Assembly: GCA_042577545.1 (NCBI GenBank) | Contig: JBHPDT010000001.1 | Span: 15,453-79,452 of the forward strand | Source of the DNA: Candidatus Omnitrophota bacterium | GTDB lineage: Bacteria > Omnitrophota > Gorgyraeia > JABMRG01 | Reading direction: 5' to 3' | DNA: 64,000 bases | Shown here: one piece after another, positions 26,234 to 36,010 of the stretch | Layout: every line of letters begins with the position of its first letter | How positions within the stretch are numbered: the first letter of the stretch is position 1 | Made by a program: the position numbers and the translations under genes | Notes under the pieces: generated by a model | What the model saw: only the letters and a program-made list of their open reading frames with translations | Databases searched by the model: none | Told to the model about the DNA's origin: nothing

Positions 26234-28294
26234 ATGCGTAGAAGGTCTAATATATTAGGTCTAAATATTGATAAGCTTAATACTGAGGATGTTTTAGGGT
26301 ATATTGATGAGGCTATATTACGCGAAAAGAAGACACAAGTCTCTTATATAAATGCGCATTGCGTAAATCTTGCATTTTCAGATCAGGAGTATAAAGATAT
26401 AGTTTCAAGATCAGATCTCTTATATCCAGATGGTATGGCTATCGTGTGGGCGTCATATCTTTATGGAGACCCTCTGCCCGAGAGAGTAAATTTAGGGGAT
26501 TTTTTCTATAAATTGTGTAAGCTGTGCGTTGATAAGAGATATAAGATATTTCTGCTTGGAGGAAAAGACAATATAGCGAAAAAGGCAGCCTCTAATTTAA
26601 GAACGGTCTTTCCTGAATTGAATATAGTTGGAACCTATCATGGGTTTTTTAGCAGAGAGGAAGAGAACGATATTATTGATTTAATCAATAACTCTTCAGC
26701 GGATATCGTGTTGGTTGGCATGGGTGTTCCTAAGCAGGAGAAGTGGATCGCTAAGAACAGAGGCCCATTGGCGCCGCCTATTTTATGGGGAGTAGGCGCT
26801 TTATTTGATTATTATAGTAATAGCATAAGAAGAGCCCCAATAATATTAAGGCGCCTTGGGTTTGAATGGTTCTTTAGATTGGTAGTTGAGCCATCCAGAT
26901 TATGGAGAAGATATATAATCGGTAATATTCTATTCTTGTTTAGATTACTCACGCCTATATTCATTGATATTACGCTGGTTGCGCTATCTTGGATCTTAGC
27001 TTATATGATCCGCTATATCATGGACCCATTCTTTTCAAGACCTATAGGAACTTTAGGTAATTACTTATTTATGTTAATGTGTATTATGCCGGCATGGCCC
27101 CTTATCTGCGGTTTCTTTGGACTGTATAGAGCTAAGAAGACTCCCGGGCAGATAGGTTTGGTTGCGTCAATATTGAAGGTATCCGCATCAGGGCTGGTAT
27201 TTACGGCGGTGTTCTCTTATATCTTTCGCGAAGTAGGCATAGCCAGGTCTTTCCTTGGGATATGGTCGGTTTTAATATTTTCCATATTACTCCTATCTAG
27301 GTTTATCCTGACAAAGTCAAAGGCATGGTTTTTGCAGCAGGATATACCATCAAACGCACTTATTGTCAGTTCTGGCAGGGATTCGATAGCTCTGAAAGAG
27401 AAGTTATTAAAGTCTTTGTCGTATAAGATGGTAGGATTATTGGACGGACCGCGAAGAAGAGAAGAAGATAAGATAGGCCCTGATTTATCTCTTGGCATTT
27501 TCGCTGATCTTGATGATGTAATTAATAAGTATAATATAGATGAGGTCTTATTGTTTGATGCAGAGATGTCTATATCTGAAAAACTGAATCTTGTTATTAA
27601 ATATCTTGATAGCGGAATCAGTTTTAAGATTATATCCAAGGAACTCGATACCTTCTCTGAACGAGTAAAGATAAGGCAGATGGAGAATAAACCTGTTCTT
27701 GAATTGAAATTCAGAGAGGTCAGCGCAATCTACATTATCGCCAAAGAGATCATAGATAGATTAGGCGCTATGATATCTCTTATTATTATTCTTCCTTTAT
27801 GGATTTTGATCACAATTTTAATAAAACTTGATTCAAGGGGACCCGCGATTTTTACCCATACTCGCGTAGGTAAGGATGGGCATAACTTTAGATTGTATAA
27901 GTTTAGAACAATGCTAAAGGACGTGGATCCTCAAAAACCATCACCTGCAGATGATAACGATGAAAGAGTAACGAAGCTAGGCAGGGTTCTGCGCCGTTGG
28001 TCCATTGATGAATTACCGCAGCTTCTTAATGTACTAAAAGGTGATATGAGCTTAGTAGGACCTCGGCCTGAGATGCCGTTTATTGTTAATAGCTACCAGT
28101 CGTGGCAGAGGCAGAGGTTAAAGGTCAAGCCTGGCATTACAGGACTTTGGCAGATCGCGGGTAGAAAGGATATACCTCTTTCAGAGAATATAGAATATGA
28201 TTTTTATTATATTAACGACCGTTCTTTTATGCTTGATCTTGCAATAGTTATAAAGAGTATACCAATAATTGTCAGAAAAAAAGGCGCGTATTAA
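26234..28294 (+). CDS. Fusion: WecG/TagA/CpsF-type glycosyltransferase (GT26) + WbaP-type polyprenyl-phosphate glycosylphosphotransferase
   Basis: aa 1-~235 are GT26-like (YINAHCVNLA.., LYPDGMAIVWA, VGMGVPKQEKWI, GVGALFDY). Then ~5 TM and a Rossmann-like linker. C-terminal bacterial sugar-transferase domain (KLDSRGPAIFTHTRVGKDG..FRLYKFRTM..DELPQLLNVLKGDMSLVGPRP). Confidence 0.8.
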   Translation: MRRRSNILGLNIDKLNTEDVLGYIDEAILREKKTQVSYINAHCVNLAFSDQEYKDIVSRSDLLYPDGMAIVWASYLYGDPLPERVNLGDFFYKLCKLCVDKRYKIFLLGGKDNIAKKAASNLRTVFPELNIVGTYHGFFSREEENDIIDLINNSSADIVLVGMGVPKQEKWIAKNRGPLAPPILWGVGALFDYYSNSIRRAPIILRRLGFEWFFRLVVEPSRLWRRYIIGNILFLFRLLTPIFIDITLVALSWILAYMIRYIMDPFFSRPIGTLGNYLFMLMCIMPAWPLICGFFGLYRAKKTPGQIGLVASILKVSASGLVFTAVFSYIFREVGIARSFLGIWSVLIFSILLLSRFILTKSKAWFLQQDIPSNALIVSSGRDSIALKEKLLKSLSYKMVGLLDGPRRREEDKIGPDLSLGIFADLDDVINKYNIDEVLLFDAEMSISEKLNLVIKYLDSGISFKIISKELDTFSERVKIRQMENKPVLELKFREVSAIYIIAKEIIDRLGAMISLIIILPLWILITILIKLDSRGPAIFTHTRVGKDGHNFRLYKFRTMLKDVDPQKPSPADDNDERVTKLGRVLRRWSIDELPQLLNVLKGDMSLVGPRPEMPFIVNSYQSWQRQRLKVKPGITGLWQIAGRKDIPLSENIEYDFYYINDRSFMLDLAIVIKSIPIIVRKKGAY

Positions 28295-28299
28295 AAAAG

Positions 28300-30075
28300 A
28301 TGAATAGTAAAGTGCGCAATATCTTAACCCTTGATTTAGGGGTGATTTTTTTAATCGCCCTTTCTCTATTTTTGAGACTTTTTATGTCTAGATTATTTCC
28401 ATTTTTTTCACATTCTATCGGCGGCGCGCTTTCAGTTGTATATGATAATCTGGCAGGCGCTGCTTCAATTTCTATTATATTTTTTGCCTTAATTCTATTC
28501 CTGATAAGTGTTAAGGGCAGAGTTTTTTTCGGGACTGATCTTGACAGGCCTTTGTTATTATTTGTTACAGCAGCGCTTATTTCGCTCTTTTACTCAGTTG
28601 ATAGGAATTTAACTCTAAGAAGCCTTATATGCCTATTGTCTAACATATCTGTATTTTATATGCTGCTGGGAGTTCTTAATACGAAAAAACGTATTATGTT
28701 TTTTTTAGCATTCTTGATAGGTCTTTCGCTTTCAGTATCTATATTAGGGCTTGTCCACTATTTTTTTATATATAATCTAATATTAACCGAGTTTAGCTCA
28801 CTTATCCCAAGTGAGGTCGTAAGGAATTTTCTGCAGATCGGACGCATAAGCTCTGTTTTTGGCTGGCCCAATCTTTTAGCTGGATTTCTGATGCTCTATG
28901 TACCTGTGGCCTTTGTCTTTTGTTTTTTTACTCAGAACAGAAGGGAGAGGTTATATGTAGGTCTAATAGCTGCTATACTGTCTCTGACAATGCTCTTTAC
29001 ATATTCTATCGCGGGCCTATTTAGCTTAGCAACAGCTATTTTCATCTCAGCATTTTTATATAAAAGATGCAAAAATAGGGACGGTTCCAACAAAAGTGTT
29101 GGTAAAGGAAAAGCGTTTATAGCTGCTATTGTACTACTGCTAATTTTAGTATCTATTATTGCCAGTAAGCGATTTAATATTTTTACACTCTCATCTTTTC
29201 AATCTAGAGCAATTTATCTGAGAAGTGTTTTAATGATGATAAAGACCCACCCTGTACTAGGCTATGGTTTAAATACCTTTCAGATAGTAAACCCGAACTT
29301 TATTACTTCGTCCGCGGGATATGCCGCCCACGCGCATAATAGTTATTTGCAGATTTGGGCAGAAACGGGTATAGTAGGTTTTATCTCTTTTATACTTTTT
29401 GTGTCAGCTATAGTTAAATCAGCTATCCATGGATTAAGGCATTGCCGAGAGCGGAAAGATGCCTTGGTTTTAATAGGTATATTTTGTGGAGCGCTGGCGT
29501 TTTTAATACATAATATCTTCAGCTTTACTTTATTCGTACCGCGTACCGCTATCTTTTGGTGGGTATCTTTAGCCCTGATCTTTGCTTGGATTAAACAGAT
29601 GTATCCAGTGGACGATAAGAGGCCTGTTACAAAAAATAAGAGGCTTCAACAGTTGGGATCAGCATTAGTGCGCTTAATATTGGCTATATCCGCCATATTT
29701 TTTGTACGTCTTTTTTTAGCTGATATTTATTTTTATAATGGTTTAAATTCCGCAAAACAAAATAATATTAGCAATTCAATTTTGAATTTCAGCAGGGCAA
29801 ATATAGCAAATCCCACAGATGGCAAGATCCATACCGTTATGGGGAAAACCTATCTTAACTTATACAATGTTAAGAGGAGAAGAGTGCTTCTTAAGTACGC
29901 TGAAGAGGAGTTTAAGAAAGCCATATCTTTAAGGCCGACAGTTGCTCTAAACTATGGTCTTCTTGGTAATTTGTATAGAGTGCAAGGCAAGGCAAAGATA
30001 GCGCAGAATTATTACGATATTGCCGCGAGATTGTCGCCGTCTCAGGCTAAATATAGAAGAATATCGCATAGGTAA
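28300..30075 (+). CDS. O-antigen ligase/Wzy_C-family membrane protein with C-terminal TPR domain
   Basis: At least 10 predicted TM segments. Wzy_C signature HAHNSYLQIWAETGIVGF. C-terminal ~120 aa TPR-like (..KYAEEEFKKAISLRPTVALNYGLLGNLYRVQGKAKIAQNYYDIAARLSP). Confidence 0.75.
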   Translation: MNSKVRNILTLDLGVIFLIALSLFLRLFMSRLFPFFSHSIGGALSVVYDNLAGAASISIIFFALILFLISVKGRVFFGTDLDRPLLLFVTAALISLFYSVDRNLTLRSLICLLSNISVFYMLLGVLNTKKRIMFFLAFLIGLSLSVSILGLVHYFFIYNLILTEFSSLIPSEVVRNFLQIGRISSVFGWPNLLAGFLMLYVPVAFVFCFFTQNRRERLYVGLIAAILSLTMLFTYSIAGLFSLATAIFISAFLYKRCKNRDGSNKSVGKGKAFIAAIVLLLILVSIIASKRFNIFTLSSFQSRAIYLRSVLMMIKTHPVLGYGLNTFQIVNPNFITSSAGYAAHAHNSYLQIWAETGIVGFISFILFVSAIVKSAIHGLRHCRERKDALVLIGIFCGALAFLIHNIFSFTLFVPRTAIFWWVSLALIFAWIKQMYPVDDKRPVTKNKRLQQLGSALVRLILAISAIFFVRLFLADIYFYNGLNSAKQNNISNSILNFSRANIANPTDGKIHTVMGKTYLNLYNVKRRRVLLKYAEEEFKKAISLRPTVALNYGLLGNLYRVQGKAKIAQNYYDIAARLSPSQAKYRRISHR

Positions 30076-30089
30076 AAAGGTACCCGAAT

Positions 30090-31577
30090 ATGATAAGATA
30101 TAACTCATCTGTTAATAGAGTAGTCGTGCTTGCGACCCTTGTGGCCGGTATATGCGCTATCTTCCTGCAACAATTTGCTACACACACTTTATACGGCATA
30201 GATGGGCATCTTCATATAAGAATGGCGCAATTTTTGCGAGACCTTGGTCCGCATTATCAATTCCATTGGGCTCGTTATTCAGTTTTCTTTGACAATTTTT
30301 CAGATAAAGATTTCTTGTACCACCTGATGTTGATACCTTTTACATGGTTTAAGGATATATTCTTTGGAGCAAAGATAGCCGCGGCGTTATTTGCTTCGAT
30401 CCTTTTTGCTGTTTATGCTCTTATGCTTAACAGGTACTCGGATTACAGGATACGCGTTTTTTTCATGCTTGCTTTTTTCTTATCTTATCCATTCTGCAAC
30501 TTCATAAGTTTCGCAAGGCCCATGACCGTTGTACTGTTTCTTACATTAGGCTTTTTCCATTTTGCTATTATTAGAAAGAGTTCAGTGGTATTTATAATAT
30601 CAATGATTTATACGTTAACGCACGTAACAGGGCCTATTATGATATTTTATGCCTTCATTATAGAGGCTGTAAGGTATCAGCATAAGAGGGAATTTTGTGT
30701 TAGAATGATTGCCATGGCTTTCTTCGGTGTTATTGCAGGCTTTCTTATACATCCAAATTTTCCAGCTAACATAAGAGTATTTTATCTAAACTCTATTTTA
30801 GTGCCGCTTTATTGTATCAAGGGAAGTAGTATAGAATTTCCGTCTGAATTCAGCCCTGCTAATACGAAGTATTTTATCATAGCGTATCCTATGGTATTCT
30901 TTAGCATAATCTATCTGATGTTTGCAGCTGTTTTTAACAAAGTAAGAACAAGCTTTGAAACCAAGGTTTTTTTTGTTTTAAGCCTGCCATTTTTAGCGCT
31001 TTCTATGACAGGAATCAGGTATGCTGTGCATTGCTATCTGATTCTGCTTCTTGCGGTTGCAGGATATATTACAGACAGCTTGAAACACAAAGAAAAGTTA
31101 AGCAGGTTTCTTATATCTGTAATGGTCATTTTGTCATTGGTTCTTGGGGCAAACTCTTTTGTAAAATTTAAGCATGGAACACGCTTTAATCATGCCATGA
31201 ATACTCACTATGAGCGTGTCGCGAACATATTTAAAGAGATCGTTCCAGAAGGTGAGATTATATTTCACGCCTCCTGGGGGGACTCACCGTTTTTTATAGG
31301 CTTGAATCCAAAGAATGATTATCTCGTCACGCTAGATCCTATCTATATGTATGCGTGGGATCCAAAATTCTATTATTTATATAAGAATCTCGTTCATGGT
31401 AAGACAAAAGACCCTTACACTATCATTAAGGAGAGATTTCGCACTAGATACGGTTACATAAGTATCAAGGTAACCACAGGTATAGAATTATATAAGCAGA
31501 TTATTAAGGATAAGCGATTTAGAATACTCTACAAGGATGATCTTGGCGTAATCTTTGTAATTAAAAATAACGAATAA
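30090..31577 (+). CDS. Uncharacterised polytopic membrane protein, paralog A (possible GT-C-like transferase or polymerase)
   Basis: 495 aa, ~11 hydrophobic segments plus a soluble C-terminus. ~55% aa identity by eye to ORF 33177-34649. Conserved loop-1 block YGIDGHLHIRMAQFLRDLGPHY..FSDKDFLYH. Confidence 0.6.
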   Translation: MIRYNSSVNRVVVLATLVAGICAIFLQQFATHTLYGIDGHLHIRMAQFLRDLGPHYQFHWARYSVFFDNFSDKDFLYHLMLIPFTWFKDIFFGAKIAAALFASILFAVYALMLNRYSDYRIRVFFMLAFFLSYPFCNFISFARPMTVVLFLTLGFFHFAIIRKSSVVFIISMIYTLTHVTGPIMIFYAFIIEAVRYQHKREFCVRMIAMAFFGVIAGFLIHPNFPANIRVFYLNSILVPLYCIKGSSIEFPSEFSPANTKYFIIAYPMVFFSIIYLMFAAVFNKVRTSFETKVFFVLSLPFLALSMTGIRYAVHCYLILLLAVAGYITDSLKHKEKLSRFLISVMVILSLVLGANSFVKFKHGTRFNHAMNTHYERVANIFKEIVPEGEIIFHASWGDSPFFIGLNPKNDYLVTLDPIYMYAWDPKFYYLYKNLVHGKTKDPYTIIKERFRTRYGYISIKVTTGIELYKQIIKDKRFRILYKDDLGVIFVIKNNE

Positions 31578-31608
31578 CCCTTTTTTACAGCTGATTTATA
31601 AAACAAAT

Positions 31609-33180
31609 ATGAAAAACAAAAAAACCTATAAGCTAGCGGTCTTGCTTTTCTTTGTGATATATCTCGTTGTCGGCTTATCTATTTTTAAAGATTACGGAAT
31701 CTCATGGGATGAGCAGCTTCAAAGAAAAATAGGGGCATGGTCGCTAAGGTATATCTTGTTAGGAGATACTGATCTATTTTTATTTCCTGATAGACACTAT
31801 GGACCTTTTTTTGAGATGGTATTAATTGTTATTGAGATGGCCTTTAATCTTACAAATAATCTCAGGGCCTTATTCCTGATGCGCCACTTTGTGACTTTTC
31901 TACTTTTTTTCACAAGTACAATATTCTTCTATTTACTATGTAAAGACAAATTTAGTAGCTGGAAGTTAGGCCTTCTAGGTACACTATTTCTAATTTTAAA
32001 TCCCAGGATATTTGCTCATTCATTCTATAATTCAAAAGACATTGCTTTTTTGGCTATGTTTATAATAAGCGTATACACATTATTTGCCTATCTTAAGAGT
32101 AAAAAAATATACATGGCGGTTTTTCATGGATTGGCTTCAGCAATCTTAATCGATATACGTATTGTAGGCCTTTTGGTTCCTTTATTTACTTGTATGTTTA
32201 CTGTTGGCGATATAGTATTATTGAAAATGAATAAGAGGGGACGAACGCACGCGATTTTGAACTTTATTGTATATTTTGGTGTTTTTTTACCATTCATGGT
32301 TTTGTTTAGACCGCTCTTATGGTCCGATACGCTTGGAAATCTTACTAGAATATTTTTAGAGATGAAGAGTTACCCGATCAGTTATCCTATGTTATATATG
32401 GGCAAGAGCATAGTCTCAAAAGATCTCCCATGGCATTACATCCCTGTCTGGATAGCTATCTCAACTCCGCTAATTTATCTGGCAGGGTTTATAGTGGGAG
32501 TTTTCTTTATAGTAAAATATTTTTTTAAGGCCCCAACAATGTTTTATAGTGAATCTAAATTGGATCTAATCTCTCTTCTGTGGTTTTTCCTGCCTCTTAT
32601 CTCTGTTATAGGTTTAAGATCCGCTATGTATGATGCTTGGAGGCATATGTTTTTTATATATCCTGCGCTGACAATGATTTCATTATCAGGGTTAGTTTAT
32701 CTCTTCCGATATCTTAAATCAAAATCTGTAGTGCGTAATCGTATACTGAAATTTACTTTCATTTCTATTATATCAGCTGGTTTATCTACGACGACATATT
32801 TTATGATAAGATATCATCCATTTCAAAATGTATATTTTAATACATTGGCTGGAAGAGATATGAGCAGGGTAGGGGAGAGGTTTGAACTTGATTATTGGGG
32901 TCTATCGTATAAGCAGGCATTGGAATATATATTGAAAAATGATAAAGATGAGAATATCAAAGTCTGCGCGCATACGCCTCCCGGCTTATCCAATGTTTTA
33001 ATTTTGCCTACAGATAAATCAAAAAGGCTTAGCTTTGTTTTTGATGAGAATGACGCGAAGTATCTACTAACCAATTACAGATTTAATAAGGGCGATTACC
33101 CCTATGAAGAATATTATTCAATAAAGGTTAAGAGAGCAAGGATTCTAGGGGTCTATAAGATAGGTGATAAAAGGGCATGA
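31609..33180 (+). CDS. GT-C-fold glycosyltransferase (GT39/ArnT/PMT-like)
   Basis: 523 aa. First periplasmic loop DYGISWDE (acidic pair typical of GT-C), many TM segments, C-terminal soluble domain (FELDYWGLSYKQALEYI). Confidence 0.6.
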   Translation: MKNKKTYKLAVLLFFVIYLVVGLSIFKDYGISWDEQLQRKIGAWSLRYILLGDTDLFLFPDRHYGPFFEMVLIVIEMAFNLTNNLRALFLMRHFVTFLLFFTSTIFFYLLCKDKFSSWKLGLLGTLFLILNPRIFAHSFYNSKDIAFLAMFIISVYTLFAYLKSKKIYMAVFHGLASAILIDIRIVGLLVPLFTCMFTVGDIVLLKMNKRGRTHAILNFIVYFGVFLPFMVLFRPLLWSDTLGNLTRIFLEMKSYPISYPMLYMGKSIVSKDLPWHYIPVWIAISTPLIYLAGFIVGVFFIVKYFFKAPTMFYSESKLDLISLLWFFLPLISVIGLRSAMYDAWRHMFFIYPALTMISLSGLVYLFRYLKSKSVVRNRILKFTFISIISAGLSTTTYFMIRYHPFQNVYFNTLAGRDMSRVGERFELDYWGLSYKQALEYILKNDKDENIKVCAHTPPGLSNVLILPTDKSKRLSFVFDENDAKYLLTNYRFNKGDYPYEEYYSIKVKRARILGVYKIGDKRA

Positions 33181-34649
33181 GAAGAGATAACATAGAAATT
33201 TATAAATTATTGATAATTATAATCTTCATAGCCGGTATATCCGCTATTTTTCTAGTGCAGTTTGCTACGCCAACACTATACGGAACCGATGGATATCTCC
33301 ATATCAGGATGGCCCAGTTTTTGAGAGATCTTGGACCACACTACAAATTCCACTGGACTAAATATTCGATATTTTATGATAAGTTTTCAGATAAGGATTT
33401 CTTGTATCATCTATTGCTTATACCGTTTACATGGTGTAAGGATATATTTTTTGGGGCAAAGATAGCCGCTGCTTTTTTTGCTTCTTCACTATTTCTTGTA
33501 TTTTTCTTCTTATTGAACAAATATGCTGATAATAGAGTGCACCTGTTTTTTATGCTGGCTTTCTTTTTTTCCGCGTCATTTCTTCATGGAATCAGCTTAG
33601 CAAGACCCATGACACTTGTTATCTTAATAATTCTTTTGAGTACACATTTTGCTATCTTGCAAAAGCATGCCTGGGTTTTCTTGCTTTCAATTGCTTATAG
33701 TTTAGTTCATGTTACCGGACCTATAATTATAATTTATATAGCTATAGTTGAGTGTGTAAGATATAAGGAGAAGGGATTATTTAATTCAAAGACAGTGCTG
33801 GCTGCTATTTTAGGTGTTATAGTTGGCTTCCTTATTCACCCTAATTTTCCCAACAATTTAACAGTATTTTATCTTAACGCTATTCTTGTTCCTGTTCATT
33901 CATTGACCGGCAATAAGATCGGAATAGGGGCTGAGTTTATGCCGCTTGATACCAGGCAGGTAATACTTAATTATCCAGTTGTTTTGTTGGGGGTAGTTTT
34001 TATGATGTATATAGCTTTCTTCAAGAGTGTGGAGACCAGATTTCATACTCGAGTTTTCTTTATTGTTTCTTTACCATTTTTTATTATCTCCTTTGTTTCT
34101 AAGCGATATGCTTGGCACAGTTATCCATTCATGCTTGTTGCCTTTGCCTGCCTGTTTTCAGATTATTTAAGAACTTACCCTAGAGATAGGCTGAGATCCA
34201 ATATTTTATTGATGATTATATCGATCGTATTAATTCTAAATTCCGTTTTATGTTTTAAAAAGCACATAGAGTTTGATTCCGCGCTCAATAAACATTTTGA
34301 ATTTTTTGGATTTAATATGAAGCATGCAATACCCAAGGGTGAAACCGTATTCCATTCCGCGTGGTCCGATTCCCAATATTTTATTGGATTAAATCCCGAT
34401 AATGATTATATGGTGACCTTGGACCCAATATATATGCATGAAAAGGACCCGTATCTGTATAAGATATATAGAGATCTCTCTTTTGGCAGAGTTTCAGACC
34501 CTTATGATATACTGCAAAATGTTTTTGGCCTTAGGTACGGGTATGTGAACAAGAAGTGGAGAAGGTTGCTTTATGATCAGATCAGAGTAGACTCGAGATT
34601 TGAGATTATCTTTGAAGATCGCCTGGGTGCTATTTTTAAACTTTCATAA
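33177..34649 (+). CDS. Uncharacterised polytopic membrane protein, paralog B
   Basis: 490 aa, colinear with ORF 30090-31577 (YGTDGYLHIRMAQFLRDLGPHY..FSDKDFLYH..VTLDPIYM). Start overlaps the GT-C gene stop (ATGA at 33177-33180). Confidence 0.6.
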   Translation: MRRDNIEIYKLLIIIIFIAGISAIFLVQFATPTLYGTDGYLHIRMAQFLRDLGPHYKFHWTKYSIFYDKFSDKDFLYHLLLIPFTWCKDIFFGAKIAAAFFASSLFLVFFFLLNKYADNRVHLFFMLAFFFSASFLHGISLARPMTLVILIILLSTHFAILQKHAWVFLLSIAYSLVHVTGPIIIIYIAIVECVRYKEKGLFNSKTVLAAILGVIVGFLIHPNFPNNLTVFYLNAILVPVHSLTGNKIGIGAEFMPLDTRQVILNYPVVLLGVVFMMYIAFFKSVETRFHTRVFFIVSLPFFIISFVSKRYAWHSYPFMLVAFACLFSDYLRTYPRDRLRSNILLMIISIVLILNSVLCFKKHIEFDSALNKHFEFFGFNMKHAIPKGETVFHSAWSDSQYFIGLNPDNDYMVTLDPIYMHEKDPYLYKIYRDLSFGRVSDPYDILQNVFGLRYGYVNKKWRRLLYDQIRVDSRFEIIFEDRLGAIFKLS

Positions 34650-34695
34650 ATTTGATTAGTTTTTTAACAAGTTAATTGTACAAAAGAGCTGATAC

Positions 34696-36000
34696 ATGTC
34701 AGAAAAAATTGGAATTACTAGAGGAACTGTATTGTTATTAGGCACCAGGGCAGTTATAATTTTAATATCAATAGCCACCAGCGCAATTATAGCCAGATAT
34801 TTAGGGCCCTCAGGAAAGGGGGTGCTTGCTTTACTTGTTACAATTAACGCGCTTGCCTGGCAATTTGGTAATATCGGCTTGCCATCAGCAAATGTCTATT
34901 TTGTTGCAAAAAATAGAGAATTGCTTTCTAAAATTGTTGCAAATTCCCTGTGGTTTGGTGTTACGGGAGCAGGCGCAGCTGTTTTTTTTATATCTTTATT
35001 ATACATTTTTTTTCACAAGATTATCTTAGTTGATATTAGGTTTCCTCTGCTGTTGATCTCCCTGTTAAGTTTGCCTGCTTTTTTTGTCTCATATCTGTTA
35101 AGTAACATTTTATGGGGCATGCAGAAAGTTAAGGTTGTTAACAAATTGAATCTTTTAAATTCCGCGCTTTTTCTGATAAGTGCGATTACTGTTTGTCTAC
35201 TCTTAAAGCAAGGCATAACAGGTATTGTAATTGCAAATCTTACTGTCTATTATATCTGCGCGCTCGTATATATGTTATATTTAAAGATGCCAGAGAAAAT
35301 AGATTGTTTTTTTGATAAAAAGCTTTTTCTAAATATGCGTGGATATGCTGCTAGGTCGTACATCTCTTGCCTACTAGGGTTTCTTATAATCAAATCGGAT
35401 ATATTCCTTGTAAACTTTTTTTTAGGCAGTTCCGCCACTGGTGTATATTCCATTGACGTGGCATTTGCGGACATGATATATATTCTTCCGGCAACTATTG
35501 GAGCGCTCTTATTTCCCAAGATAGCAGCCGGTAGTAATACTATGGAGTTGACTCAAAGAATATCCCGCCATCTTATCTTTATTATGTTAATTATCTGTAT
35601 TTTTGCAGGTATACTATCTAAATTTGCAATAAGATTTATATATGGAGAGATGTATCTAGGGGCGATTACCCCCTTCTACTGGCTTTTGCCAGGAATTTTT
35701 TGTTTGGGCATAGGGACTCTTTTTATGAATGATCTTGCTGGCAGAGGGCAGCCCCCCATCGTTTATATAGCACCGGGCATTTCTCTATTACTTAACATTT
35801 TATTGAATCTGATATTTATACCTCGATACGGAGTAACCGGTGCCGCCATAACATCCTCATTAGCGTATGGACTAATGGCGATTTTGACAATCTGGTATTT
35901 TATTAGGCTTACAGGGACATCTTTACGAGACGCGGTTCTTATTAAAGGAAATGAAATTATCGGTTTATTTAATAAGTTGCGTATAAGTCATAAGGGTTAA
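34696..36000 (+). CDS. wzx: Wzx-type oligosaccharide flippase (MOP superfamily)
   Basis: 434 aa, ~12 TM, polysaccharide-biosynthesis-protein-like organisation. No soluble domain. Confidence 0.7.
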   Translation: MSEKIGITRGTVLLLGTRAVIILISIATSAIIARYLGPSGKGVLALLVTINALAWQFGNIGLPSANVYFVAKNRELLSKIVANSLWFGVTGAGAAVFFISLLYIFFHKIILVDIRFPLLLISLLSLPAFFVSYLLSNILWGMQKVKVVNKLNLLNSALFLISAITVCLLLKQGITGIVIANLTVYYICALVYMLYLKMPEKIDCFFDKKLFLNMRGYAARSYISCLLGFLIIKSDIFLVNFFLGSSATGVYSIDVAFADMIYILPATIGALLFPKIAAGSNTMELTQRISRHLIFIMLIICIFAGILSKFAIRFIYGEMYLGAITPFYWLLPGIFCLGIGTLFMNDLAGRGQPPIVYIAPGISLLLNILLNLIFIPRYGVTGAAITSSLAYGLMAILTIWYFIRLTGTSLRDAVLIKGNEIIGLFNKLRISHKG

Positions 36001-36010
36001 GAGGGGTTTT

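Noticed and set aside
34826-35029. Plus-strand alternative-frame ORFs inside real genes (34826-35029 in wzx; 36610-36837 and 37245-37454 in the heparinase-like gene)
   Set aside because: They overlap longer ORFs with coherent membrane or enzyme features in another frame. They are short, lack an RBS and have odd composition.
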